NCBI GenBank assembly: GCA_024699645.1 | Contig: JAILPE010000112.1 | Span: 5,385-69,384, forward strand | Length of the DNA stretch: 64,000 nt | Reading direction: 5' to 3' | Source of the DNA: Lachnospiraceae bacterium | GTDB lineage: Bacteria > Bacillota > Clostridia > Lachnospirales > Lachnospiraceae | Shown here: piece by piece, positions 1-8,439 of the stretch | How positions within the stretch are numbered: the stretch's first letter is position 1 | Layout: every line of letters begins with the position of its first letter | Translations under genes and position numbers: made by a program | Notes under the pieces: model-generated | What the model was told of the DNA's origin: nothing | Databases searched by the model: none | The model's input: only the letters and a program-made list of their open reading frames with translations

Positions 1-308
1 GAAAAATTGTGAAGGAACAGATAGTTGATACCAACGGCAGCGGTCACGGAGCTCTTGCCGGTTTTCTTCAGGCGGCACAGGTTGATGCACTGATATGCGG
101 TGGTATCGGCATGGGGGCGCAGACTGCGCTTGCCGATGTGGGAATCAGGCTTTACGGTGGAGTGCAGGGCTCTGCTGATTCGGCAGTAAAGGCTCTCGCG
201 GAAGGTAAGCTTGAGTTCGACCCCAATGCAAGGTGTGATCATCATGAACATCATGACGGTGAATGCGGTCACGATAATTGCGGAAAACACGGCTGCGCAG
301 GCAATTAA
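1..308 (+). CDS. NifB/NifX-family (FeMo-cofactor-biosynthesis-like) domain protein; 5' end cut by the window edge; His/Cys-rich C-terminal tail
   Basis: The reading frame is open from the window edge (codons at 3, 6, 9...). GSGHGALAGFL...ALICGGIGMGA resembles the NifX/NifB C-terminal family. The tail is CDHHEHHDGECGHDNCGKHGC. Confidence 0.6.
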   Translation, partial: KIVKEQIVDTNGSGHGALAGFLQAAQVDALICGGIGMGAQTALADVGIRLYGGVQGSADSAVKALAEGKLEFDPNARCDHHEHHDGECGHDNCGKHGCAGN

Positions 309-353
309 GATGTCCGCTTCTGTACCGGATATTCAAATTGATATTGTTAATTG

Positions 354-390
354 ATGCGACATGATGTAAAATCATGTCGCATTTTACTTA
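354..390 (+). terminator. Hairpin after the NifX-like gene (12-bp perfect stem, 5-nt loop)
   Basis: ATGCGACATGAT (354-365), loop GTAAA, ATCATGTCGCAT (371-382), then TTTACTT. The T-tract is short. Confidence 0.5.
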
Positions 391-406
391 TATAAGGTCG
401 GAAAAA

Positions 407-1492
407 ATGGACGTTTATTTTATTATTTTTGTCATCATATGCTTTGTTGGGGTAAAGATATATGGCCCAGGGGAGTTTAATAAAGATTATCTGTCTCCAA
501 AGTCGACACTGCCTGTTAAGGGTATTTTTGTGATGCTCGTATTCTTTACTCATTTCATCAGCTACCATAAACTGACGGGGGAGTTTGATTCATTTGCTAA
601 CTGGTATCACGCCAACATCAAACAAACCATAGTTACAATGTTCCTTTTTTACTCCGGATACGGTGTTATGGAGGCAATAAAGAACAAAGGCAAGGATTAT
701 GTCAGAAAGCTTCCGTTAAAGGCACTTAAGCTGTGGATCCATTTTGTGATCGTCGTATGCATGTTTCTTGCTTTAAAGCTCGCGACAGGACATTCATACA
801 GTGCCGAAAAGATAATCAAGGCCTTCCTGACGACTCAGAGCATAGGTAATTCCAATTGGTATATCGGGGCTATGCTATGCATGTACCTTCTGACATTTGT
901 TGCATTTATATTTTTTACATTCTCAAAAAAGGAACATCGCTATTTGCCTGCAATAATACTGACGCTGCTTTGCGTAGGTTATATCTTCTTGTGCGTACAT
1001 GTACGTATGTCAAAGTTTTGGGTAAATACGATAATATGTTACCCGATAGGAATATGGTATTCAATATTTAAGGAAAAAATAGAACGGATAATGTTCAAAA
1101 ACGACATAGTTTATTGGCTGGCACTTTTATGCGCAGTAACTCCGTTCTGCATTTTCTATACCATGAAATCAACAATGAGATGGTATATGCTCAGTATGGT
1201 GTTTTTCCTCTTTGCCGGTATCATCATCACGATGAAAGTAAACTTCGGAAACGGTTTCCTAAACTTCCTCGGAAAGCATGTTTTCAGTATATACATATTG
1301 CAAAGACTGCCATTTATCATTCTTGACGAGGTCGGATTTTTGGAAAAACACCCTGTGCACAGTTTTGTGATCTCATTTGTCGCAACGGCTTTTATGGCGC
1401 ATGTATTTGATATTTTGACAGAAAAACTGGATGATAAGATCTTTGGAAAAAAGGTTGCGAAGCTACCGGAAGTTAAGGCGTCGGAGAAATGA
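407..1492 (+). CDS. Acyltransferase family 3 (integral membrane O-acyltransferase)
   Basis: Polytopic hydrophobic 361-aa product typical of acyltransferase_3 proteins. The ATG at 407 is preferred over 374, which lies inside the upstream hairpin. Confidence 0.65.
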   Translation: MDVYFIIFVIICFVGVKIYGPGEFNKDYLSPKSTLPVKGIFVMLVFFTHFISYHKLTGEFDSFANWYHANIKQTIVTMFLFYSGYGVMEAIKNKGKDYVRKLPLKALKLWIHFVIVVCMFLALKLATGHSYSAEKIIKAFLTTQSIGNSNWYIGAMLCMYLLTFVAFIFFTFSKKEHRYLPAIILTLLCVGYIFLCVHVRMSKFWVNTIICYPIGIWYSIFKEKIERIMFKNDIVYWLALLCAVTPFCIFYTMKSTMRWYMLSMVFFLFAGIIITMKVNFGNGFLNFLGKHVFSIYILQRLPFIILDEVGFLEKHPVHSFVISFVATAFMAHVFDILTEKLDDKIFGKKVAKLPEVKASEK

Positions 1493-1643
1493 AAATGCGA
1501 GCGTCCGGGAAGTATAGTCTTCCGGAAGTTTACGAGTTATAAATCATAATTTGAACAGTCTTTTGACAATATTCACACAGAGTTTTGATGTCTTTCGGTG
1601 GTAAAATACAAATCGGCGGCGAAAACTACAGGAGGGATCATAT

Positions 1644-2768
1644 ATGGATAAGTCAAAAGTCTTCTTTACCGATTTCAGAACGGTGAACAGAGTGAGTCTC
1701 ACTGCTAAACTTCAGAAACTTATAAAGATGGCCGGAATAAGCTCAATCGATATGGACGGAAAGTTTGTTGCGATCAAGATGCATTTCGGCGAACTCGGAA
1801 ATCTTGCATATCTCAGACCAAATTATGCAAAAGCCGTGGCAGATATAGTTAAGGAGCAGGGCGGTATGCCGTTCCTCACCGATTGTAATACTTTATATCC
1901 CGGAAGCAGAAAGCATGCGCTTGAGCATCTTGATTGCGCCAACATCAACGGATTTAATACGATCACAACCGGATGTCAGATAATCATTGCCGACGGACTT
2001 AGAGGAACGGATGATATTCTTGTTCCCGTACCTAACGGGGAACTCTGTAAGGAGGCATATATCGGACGTGCCGTTATGGATGCCGATATCATAATCTCTC
2101 TTAATCATTTCAAAGGACATGAGCTTGCAGGCTTTGGCGGAGCGATAAAGAATCTCGGTATGGGATGCGCGAGCCGTGCGGGAAAGATGCAGCAGCATAA
2201 CAACGGAAAGCCTCATGTTGTCGAAGAAAAATGTCGTGGATGCCGCAGATGCGCCTATGAATGCGGATCCGATGCGATCAGCTACGAGGGAAAGAAGGCA
2301 TGGATCGATCCCGACAAATGTAAGGGGTGCGGAAGATGTATCGGCGCATGCGCGTTTGATGCCATACGTAATGATAATGATAATGCGCCTCAGATACTCG
2401 GCATGAAGATGGCAGAGTATACATCTGCTGTCATAAGCGGCAGGCCGAGTTTTCACATCAGTCTTATCACCGATGTTTCACCTAACTGTGACTGTCATAG
2501 CGAAAATGATGCGCCCATAATCCCTGATATCGGGATGCTTGCATCATTTGATCCGGTTGCACTCGATAAAGCCTGTGTGGATCTTTGTCAGAAAGCAGAT
2601 CCGATCAGAAACAGCCAGCTCGGCGATAATATGGCCAGCGAGCACTTCCACGATCACGGAGATGTCTGGAGAAACAGTAATCCGAACACAGCATGGAGAG
2701 AAACTCTTGAGCATGCCGAAAAGATCGGCGTGGGAAGTCGGGAATATGAGCTTGTTGTTATGAAATGA
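1644..2768 (+). CDS. DUF362 domain protein with two 4Fe-4S ferredoxin-type motifs
   Basis: N-terminal FVAIKMHFGE...FLTDCNTLY is DUF362-like. It carries CRGCRRCAYEC and CKGCGRCIGAC cluster motifs. RBS AGGAGGG lies upstream. Confidence 0.8.
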   Translation: MDKSKVFFTDFRTVNRVSLTAKLQKLIKMAGISSIDMDGKFVAIKMHFGELGNLAYLRPNYAKAVADIVKEQGGMPFLTDCNTLYPGSRKHALEHLDCANINGFNTITTGCQIIIADGLRGTDDILVPVPNGELCKEAYIGRAVMDADIIISLNHFKGHELAGFGGAIKNLGMGCASRAGKMQQHNNGKPHVVEEKCRGCRRCAYECGSDAISYEGKKAWIDPDKCKGCGRCIGACAFDAIRNDNDNAPQILGMKMAEYTSAVISGRPSFHISLITDVSPNCDCHSENDAPIIPDIGMLASFDPVALDKACVDLCQKADPIRNSQLGDNMASEHFHDHGDVWRNSNPNTAWRETLEHAEKIGVGSREYELVVMK

Positions 2769-2894
2769 CAGACAAACTCAAAACCTCATTTTTAATGACT
2801 GAAAGCGGGTATCCCCGGTTGTTCAATTGCCGGGTATTTCACGACCGCAAGCTTGAATCCCGGTGCTTCGAATTTGGAGTGTTCAATTCGGATT

Positions 2895-2924
2895 GTTGAC
2901 GGAACAGGTTTTTCGGGCTACAAT
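2895..2924 (+). promoter_or_regulatory. Putative sigma-A promoter of the Fur-family gene
   Basis: TTGACG (2895-2900), 18-nt spacer, TACAAT (2919-2924). Confidence 0.4.
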
Positions 2925-2958
2925 TCTGTTTGGACATTCAAAACGGAGATGAGGGTTT

Positions 2959-3447
2959 ATGAAGGGTGTTTATAAAACAAAAGCAAGAAATCTGATCATT
3001 GAATATCTAAGGTCCAATGCCGATAAGCGTTTTACAGCGAGAGATATCGTGACCGCTTTGTTGAAGAGCGGCGAAAACATAGATCGGTCGACAATATACC
3101 GCAATATAGAACGGCTTTGTGCCGACGGTAAGCTGGTCAAATATAAAGAAAACGATATCAATGCGGCTTGTTATCAGTATTCTGAGGGTCATGGATCGTG
3201 CCATTCGCACATGCATGCTCAGTGCGAGAATTGCGGGAAGATATACCACCTCGAAAATGACATATTTGCGGATGCGGATGAAAAACTCAGGAAAGAATAC
3301 GGGATTGAGATTGATTTTGGAAAAACTGTCATAATAGGCAGATGCGAAGAATGCAAAGAAGCAGAGGTACAAGATGAACCCGGCCGAAAGCATGAACATG
3401 CACATAACCCAAATCACGAACATGAATGCGAAGATCACTCCGAATAA
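2959..3447 (+). CDS. Fur-family metalloregulator, probably Zur, with a His-rich C-terminal extension
   Basis: Winged-helix N-terminus. It has HSHMHAQCENCGK and CEECK (two CxxC pairs). The tail is KHEHAHNPNHEHECEDH. It lies next to a COG0523 GTPase gene. Confidence 0.8.
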   Translation: MKGVYKTKARNLIIEYLRSNADKRFTARDIVTALLKSGENIDRSTIYRNIERLCADGKLVKYKENDINAACYQYSEGHGSCHSHMHAQCENCGKIYHLENDIFADADEKLRKEYGIEIDFGKTVIIGRCEECKEAEVQDEPGRKHEHAHNPNHEHECEDHSE

Positions 3448-3472
3448 GAACAGATTGAGAGATATATAAAGG

Positions 3473-3509
3473 CAGTTCCTTTATGAAACGCATAAGGAAC
3501 TGTTTTTTT
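3473..3509 (+). terminator. Rho-independent terminator after the Fur-family gene
   Basis: CAGTTCCTT (3473-3481) pairs with AAGGAACTG (3494-3502) and is followed by seven T. Confidence 0.85.
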
Positions 3510-3522
3510 ATCGTCATATTCA

Positions 3523-3577
3523 AAAATGCGACAAAGTTGCATTTTGGTTGACAAAATAAAAATGATACATATATAAT
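3523..3577 (+). promoter_or_regulatory. Putative promoter of the COG0523 gene with an adjacent inverted repeat (candidate metalloregulator operator)
   Basis: TTGACA (3548-3553), 18-nt spacer, TATAAT (3572-3577). The inverted repeat AAAATGC-N9-GCATTTT (3523-3545) abuts the -35. It does not match the Zur-box consensus I remember, so the operator role is speculative. Confidence 0.45.
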
Positions 3578-3689
3578 ATGCAATTGTGTTGCGTAAGCCA
3601 CATGAGATACTATTGTTTGTTTTTTCAGATCCGACAGGATGTAGTTTATTGATTCTGATCGGATGCTGTGATGGAAGGAGAGATTATAT

Positions 3690-4823
3690 ATGTCGACCAG
3701 AGAAGTACCTATCGTAATTATTACGGGATATCTTGGATCGGGAAAAACAACTCTGATGCAGAATATCCTTAAGCAGGAAAAAAGGAAGATCGCACTTATC
3801 GTAAATGATATGGGAAGCGTAAACATTGATGCTTCGCTTCTTAACAAAACGGGGAACAAGCTTGTTCAGGTTGAAATGGTTCAGATGCAGAACGGTTGCA
3901 TATGCTGTACACTTCGTGAAGAATTCATGGCAGAGATCGAAAGGCTTTCAAACGATAAGAGCATTGAAGCCATCTTTGTAGAAGCTTCGGGAATAAGTGA
4001 ACCGTCATCCATCGCCGGGGCATTTGTAAACTACGAAGAAATGACGCCCGATACAAGAGTATATTTAAAAACCGTATGTTCGGTTGTGGATGTGGACAGG
4101 ATTTATCGTGAATTCCTTCATGATCTTAGATCCGAAGAGGAAGAAAATGAAGACGGGGATATTATAAATCTTATAATAGATCAGATTGAATTCTGTAACC
4201 TTATGATCCTTAACAAGACAGATCTTTTGAATAAGGATCAGCTTGAAGAGGTAAAGAAGGGACTTAGGGACATTCAGCAGGAAGCCGAGATGATCGAGTG
4301 TACTCACGGAAATGTAGATCTTGATGTGATCCTTAATCGTGAGGATTTCTGCTTTGAGGATGTTGAGGCGTTCAGTGCGGTTCAAAAGGCTCTTAATAAT
4401 TGTGAACATGACGATGAAAAGGCATGTGTCGACGAATATGGTATATCATCATTTGTATTTGAAGAGAAAAGGCCTTTTAACAGAGATTCATTCAATAAAA
4501 TGGTTGAAAAGTATCCCGAACAGCTTATAAGAACAAAGGGATATATCTGGTTCTCCGATGACTGGGAGCATGTTCAACTCTTCGAACAGGCAGGAAGAAA
4601 CGCATCGGTTACGGAACTTACGCCCTGGGTGTCGTCATGGCCTGAAAAAGAACTCGAACCGGTTCTTGCGGATTTCCCGGATCTTAAGGATGACTGGGAT
4701 GAAACATACGGTGACAGGCTCAATCAGCTCGTTTTCATCGGGAAGGGTTATGAGAAGTCGGAGATTGTTGATCTGTTGTACGGCTGTATAGAAGAACCCG
4801 CTTCTTCCGACGAATGCGATTGA
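3690..4823 (+). CDS. CobW/COG0523-family G3E GTPase (putative zinc metallochaperone)
   Basis: P-loop GYLGSGKTT, metal-binding CICC (CXCC) motif and NKTD. The C-terminal CobW_C-like region ends LVFIGKGYEKSEIVDLL. Confidence 0.85.
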   Translation: MSTREVPIVIITGYLGSGKTTLMQNILKQEKRKIALIVNDMGSVNIDASLLNKTGNKLVQVEMVQMQNGCICCTLREEFMAEIERLSNDKSIEAIFVEASGISEPSSIAGAFVNYEEMTPDTRVYLKTVCSVVDVDRIYREFLHDLRSEEEENEDGDIINLIIDQIEFCNLMILNKTDLLNKDQLEEVKKGLRDIQQEAEMIECTHGNVDLDVILNREDFCFEDVEAFSAVQKALNNCEHDDEKACVDEYGISSFVFEEKRPFNRDSFNKMVEKYPEQLIRTKGYIWFSDDWEHVQLFEQAGRNASVTELTPWVSSWPEKELEPVLADFPDLKDDWDETYGDRLNQLVFIGKGYEKSEIVDLLYGCIEEPASSDECD

Positions 4824-5940
4824 TATGCCGCTCAAAATCACCGCTCCTGAGAAGCTCGGCAAGAACAAATTGCTCGAAAAGAGGAACAGTACACGAGTAA
4901 AAACCGAGCTTTTCGGTGAAAGAGTTAAGCAGCTCGGTCGGAAGGAGCATATATCCGACACGTAGGGAGGGTGCTATAGTTTTTGAAAAGGTATTGAGAT
5001 AAATGACATGATCACCGTTTGACATCGAGAAAAGAGTATCTTCGGCTTTACTTGAAACGGTTAGCTCGGAGTCGTAATTGTCCTCGATTATAACACCGCC
5101 GCGAGAGGCGGCCCAACGGAGATATTCTTTCTTTTTCGAAATACCGACCGAGATACCGCTCGGAAAACTGTTGAACGGCGTGACGTGAATCACGTGTGCC
5201 TTTGTGGCGGCAAGAGATGCTGACGAGATGCCCTCAGGGGTAAGCAATAATGGGTCGCACTTTATACCGAGTGCGTTATAGACGTGGGAGATCTTGTTAT
5301 AACATGGGTCTTCGATCGCGTATATCTGATCGCGTCCGAGAAGCTGGGCGATGAGGCCGTAAAGATATTCGGCTCCGGCGCCTATGACGACCTGTTCGGG
5401 TCCTACAAATATACCACGGCTTCTGGCGAGATAATGGCATATTTCGGATCTGAGCTCCTCGCTACCGCGGTTTGGTGATTTGACAAGTATACTTTCGCTT
5501 TTATCGAGAAGAACCTTTCTCATTGTGCGCGCGATGACGCTGAAAGGAAAATTTTCAGCCCTGTTGGATTGTGCAGATTGAGTCGAATGAGTGTCATCGA
5601 TAGGATTTGATACATAAGCGTTATTATGTGAAACGGACGGAGAATGAACACTGTCGTTTAAAAAATCGTCCTCACGGTAGATCACGTAGTATCCGCTTCT
5701 TTCACGGGATTCGATATATCCCTCATCGCAAAGAAGGGAGAGAGCGTGTTCAGCCGTGATCACGCTGATACACACGTCGTTTGCAATAGTTCTTTTCGAA
5801 GGAAGCTTTGTCATATACGGATATACTCCGGAAGTAATGTCACGTATAAAAAGACGGTAAAGCTGAAGATATGCGGGAATATGTGAGTTTGTATCTATTA
5901 TATAATTCATCTGGTTATACCGGATCCTTTCAAAATGCAT
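4735..5940 (-). CDS. MocR/GabR-family regulator (GntR wHTH plus PLP aminotransferase-like domain); appears C-terminally truncated
   Basis: wHTH LPSKRTIANDVCISVITAEHALSLLCDEGYIESRERSGYYV. PLP-lysine motif FSKTIAPSLRVGY. The ORF stops about 25 codons after ERHINRIRR, and its last 89 nt are antisense to the COG0523 gene 3' end. An alternative start is at 5910. Confidence 0.7.
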   Translation of the reverse strand: MHFERIRYNQMNYIIDTNSHIPAYLQLYRLFIRDITSGVYPYMTKLPSKRTIANDVCISVITAEHALSLLCDEGYIESRERSGYYVIYREDDFLNDSVHSPSVSHNNAYVSNPIDDTHSTQSAQSNRAENFPFSVIARTMRKVLLDKSESILVKSPNRGSEELRSEICHYLARSRGIFVGPEQVVIGAGAEYLYGLIAQLLGRDQIYAIEDPCYNKISHVYNALGIKCDPLLLTPEGISSASLAATKAHVIHVTPFNSFPSGISVGISKKKEYLRWAASRGGVIIEDNYDSELTVSSKAEDTLFSMSNGDHVIYLNTFSKTIAPSLRVGYMLLPTELLNSFTEKLGFYSCTVPLFEQFVLAELLRSGDFERHINRIRRKKRVLLYSRTTDQQSPTSHNPSR

Positions 5941-6068
5941 TTTCTATAGGTTCAGATACAAGTATAGCACCGGTTGCTTAACTTGTAACATACCAAATTG
6001 AAAAAATGTAATAAAAGAAGAAGATTAAACCAAAATTTAAAACATATCAAAAAAATAGGAAAGTCTTA

Positions 6069-6097
6069 TTGACATAAGATTTACTATTTGCTAATAT
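6069..6097 (+). promoter_or_regulatory. Putative sigma-A promoter of the flavodoxin-ABC operon
   Basis: TTGACA (6069-6074), 17-nt spacer, TAATAT (6092-6097). Confidence 0.55.
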
Positions 6098-6104
6098 TTT
6101 CAGC

Positions 6105-6174
6105 GGTTAGCCCTGACTAACTACATACCACGGGGTTAGCGTACGCTAACCTAAGTTGTTCTTTGGGCTAAACC
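6105..6174 (+). promoter_or_regulatory. Four GGTTAGC-type half-sites (nested inverted repeats) just downstream of the promoter; candidate operator or leader structure
   Basis: GGTTAGCCC (6105-6113). Perfect 18-bp palindrome GGTTAGCGTACGCTAACC (6134-6151). GGGCTAAACC (6165-6174) is complementary to the first element with one bulge. Confidence 0.45.
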
Positions 6175-6227
6175 ATAATACGTATTTTTATAATTATCAT
6201 AAATAATTTAAAAGGAGGTTACTTTTT

Positions 6228-6650
6228 ATGAGTAAAATAGCTGTTGTTTATTGGAGCGGAACAGGTAACACCGAAGCTATGGCAAATGCTGTTGCAGAGG
6301 GTGCAAAAAATGCAGGCGCTGAGGTATCTGTATTTACTCCCGAAGATTTTAATCAGGGTATGGTAAATGATTTTGATGCGATCGCATTCGGTTGCCCCGC
6401 AATGGGTTCGGAAGTTCTTGAAGAGTCTGAATTTGATCCTATGTTTTCACAGGTTGAAGGTGAGCTTTCCGGAAAGAAGATCGCACTTTTCGGTTCGTTC
6501 GGATGGGGAGACTGCACATGGATGCGTGACTGGGAAGATCGTGTTAAGGCTGCGGGCGCAGATCTTGTAGGTGATGGCCTTACGGTAAACGATGCTCCCG
6601 ACGACGATGCTCTTGCAAAATGTAAGGATCTCGGAGCTTCCATCATTTGA
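6228..6650 (+). CDS. Short-chain flavodoxin
   Basis: MSKIAVVYWSGTGNTEAMA FMN-phosphate loop, 140 aa, strong RBS AAAGGAGG. Confidence 0.9.
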   Translation: MSKIAVVYWSGTGNTEAMANAVAEGAKNAGAEVSVFTPEDFNQGMVNDFDAIAFGCPAMGSEVLEESEFDPMFSQVEGELSGKKIALFGSFGWGDCTWMRDWEDRVKAAGADLVGDGLTVNDAPDDDALAKCKDLGASII

Positions 6651-6686
6651 GAATATTTTTTGAAACAAAGAAAAAGAGGTTTTTTT

Positions 6687-8423
6687 ATGAAAAAGAAGAA
6701 AGGAACAGGCGCTTGGTTGCTTGATTTTGTGAAACCTCACAAATGGGGATATATCATGAGTGTTATCACGGCTATCCTGAGCGTCGCGGGAGGTTTTGTG
6801 CCTTACATCTTCATGGCGGACATGGTACGAAAACTGCTCGCCGGAACAGCAACCCTTGAATCATGTCTTATAACATGTCTTTATATAGCTATATTCTTTA
6901 TCGCGGGAAAAATATTTCACGTTATTTCGACCGGATTATCGCATAAAGCGACATTTCAGGTACTTGGTGAGATAAGAAGGAGAGTTACAAAGAAACTTGC
7001 GCTTATGCCGCTCGGTGACGTACTTGCGCAGTCAAGCGGAACATATAAAAACATAATCGTTGAGAGGATCGATTCGATAGAGACGACGCTTGCACACGTT
7101 GTGCCGGAGTTTACCTCAAATGCGATCCTTCCCATCGCCGTATTCATATACATGATGAGCATAAACTGGAAACTAACGCTCATAGCGCTTATACCGCTGC
7201 CTGTCGGCCTCCTCTTTATGGGACTTATGCTGGTTGGGAGCCGCGGCTCATACAGTAATACGGTAACCAAAACTAAGATTCTGAACGATACCGCTGTTGA
7301 ATATATTAACGGTATTGAAGTCATTAAAGCGTTCGGTAAGGAAAAGACTTCTTACGATAAGTTTGTTACCGCAGTAAAAGAGGGTGCCGATTGCTATATC
7401 AATTGGATGAAGAGATGCAACGGCAGGCAGAATGCGTCCATGACGCTTATGCCTGCCCAGTTGCTCACACTCATTCCTTTCGGTGCATGGTTTGTAATGA
7501 ATGGAACTGTCAGCGGTGCGGATCTGTTTATCCTTTGTATCCTTGCAATGGGACTTGTTACCCCGTTTGTTACGATCGCTACATACGGCGATGATCTTGC
7601 GAAGATCGGAACGATCGTGGGTGAGGCAACAACAATTCTTGAGAACAGAGAGCTTGTAAGACCTGCAAAACTTGAGAAGAAGCCTGCCGATAATACGATA
7701 ATCCTTAACAAGGTACGTTTCGGATATAAGGACGAGGAGGTACTCTCCGGAGTTGATATGACCATCAAGGAAGGAACGGTAAATGCTCTTGTCGGACCTT
7801 CGGGTGCGGGCAAATCGACGATAGCAAAGCTTATAGCATCGTTCTGGGATGTCGATGAGGGCTGTATCACATACGGCGGAGTCGATATCAGGGACATACC
7901 CCTCGAGACATACAATAATTATGTTGCGTATGTATCGCAGGACAATTACCTCTTTGACGAAACCGTTATGGAAAACATACGTCTCGGAAAGCCTTCTGCT
8001 ACGGACGAGGAAGTTATGGATGCCGCAAGAGCCTGCGGATGCCACGAGTTCATCATGCAGCTCGAAAAAGGCTATCAGACGATATGCGGCGGTGCGGGAT
8101 CACATCTTTCGGGTGGTGAGAGACAGCGTATTTCGATCGCAAGAGCTATGCTTAAGAATGCGCCCATCGTAATCCTTGATGAGGCAACCGCATATACCGA
8201 CCCCGAAAACGAAGCCGTTATCCAGAGAAGTGTTGCCGGGCTTGTTCAGGGCAAAACGCTTATAGTCATCGCTCACAGGCTTTCGACGATCGTCGGTGCT
8301 GATAAGATATTCCTGATAAATAAGGGTACTGTTGAAGCAAGCGGAACGCAGGAAGAGCTTCTTGCAAAGAGTCCTCTTTACAAACAGATGTGGGAATCAC
8401 ACGAATCTGTCAAGGAAGGTTGA
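6687..8423 (+). CDS. ABC exporter, fused permease/ATPase (half of a heterodimer)
   Basis: Six TM segments, then Walker A GPSGAGKST, signature LSGGERQR and Walker B IVILDEATA. The ATG at 6687 has RBS AAGAGG. The upstream TTG at 6660 is less likely. Confidence 0.9.
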   Translation: MKKKKGTGAWLLDFVKPHKWGYIMSVITAILSVAGGFVPYIFMADMVRKLLAGTATLESCLITCLYIAIFFIAGKIFHVISTGLSHKATFQVLGEIRRRVTKKLALMPLGDVLAQSSGTYKNIIVERIDSIETTLAHVVPEFTSNAILPIAVFIYMMSINWKLTLIALIPLPVGLLFMGLMLVGSRGSYSNTVTKTKILNDTAVEYINGIEVIKAFGKEKTSYDKFVTAVKEGADCYINWMKRCNGRQNASMTLMPAQLLTLIPFGAWFVMNGTVSGADLFILCILAMGLVTPFVTIATYGDDLAKIGTIVGEATTILENRELVRPAKLEKKPADNTIILNKVRFGYKDEEVLSGVDMTIKEGTVNALVGPSGAGKSTIAKLIASFWDVDEGCITYGGVDIRDIPLETYNNYVAYVSQDNYLFDETVMENIRLGKPSATDEEVMDAARACGCHEFIMQLEKGYQTICGGAGSHLSGGERQRISIARAMLKNAPIVILDEATAYTDPENEAVIQRSVAGLVQGKTLIVIAHRLSTIVGADKIFLINKGTVEASGTQEELLAKSPLYKQMWESHESVKEG

Positions 8424-8439
8424 GAGGGGGAAAGAACAC

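Noticed and set aside
2815-2888. Repeated CCCGGT and TGTTCAATT elements (period about 46-60 bp) between the DUF362 and Fur-family genes
   Set aside because: The matches are only 6-9 nt long with inconsistent spacing. This may be an old decayed duplication, but the evidence is too weak to call.
8332-8439. Upstream extension of the second ABC exporter gene (ORF-track start 8332). The same issue arises at 6660, 19770, 51566 and 51896.
   Set aside because: The extensions overlap the preceding gene or non-coding DNA and lack an RBS. Downstream ATG codons with good RBS give N-termini typical of each family.
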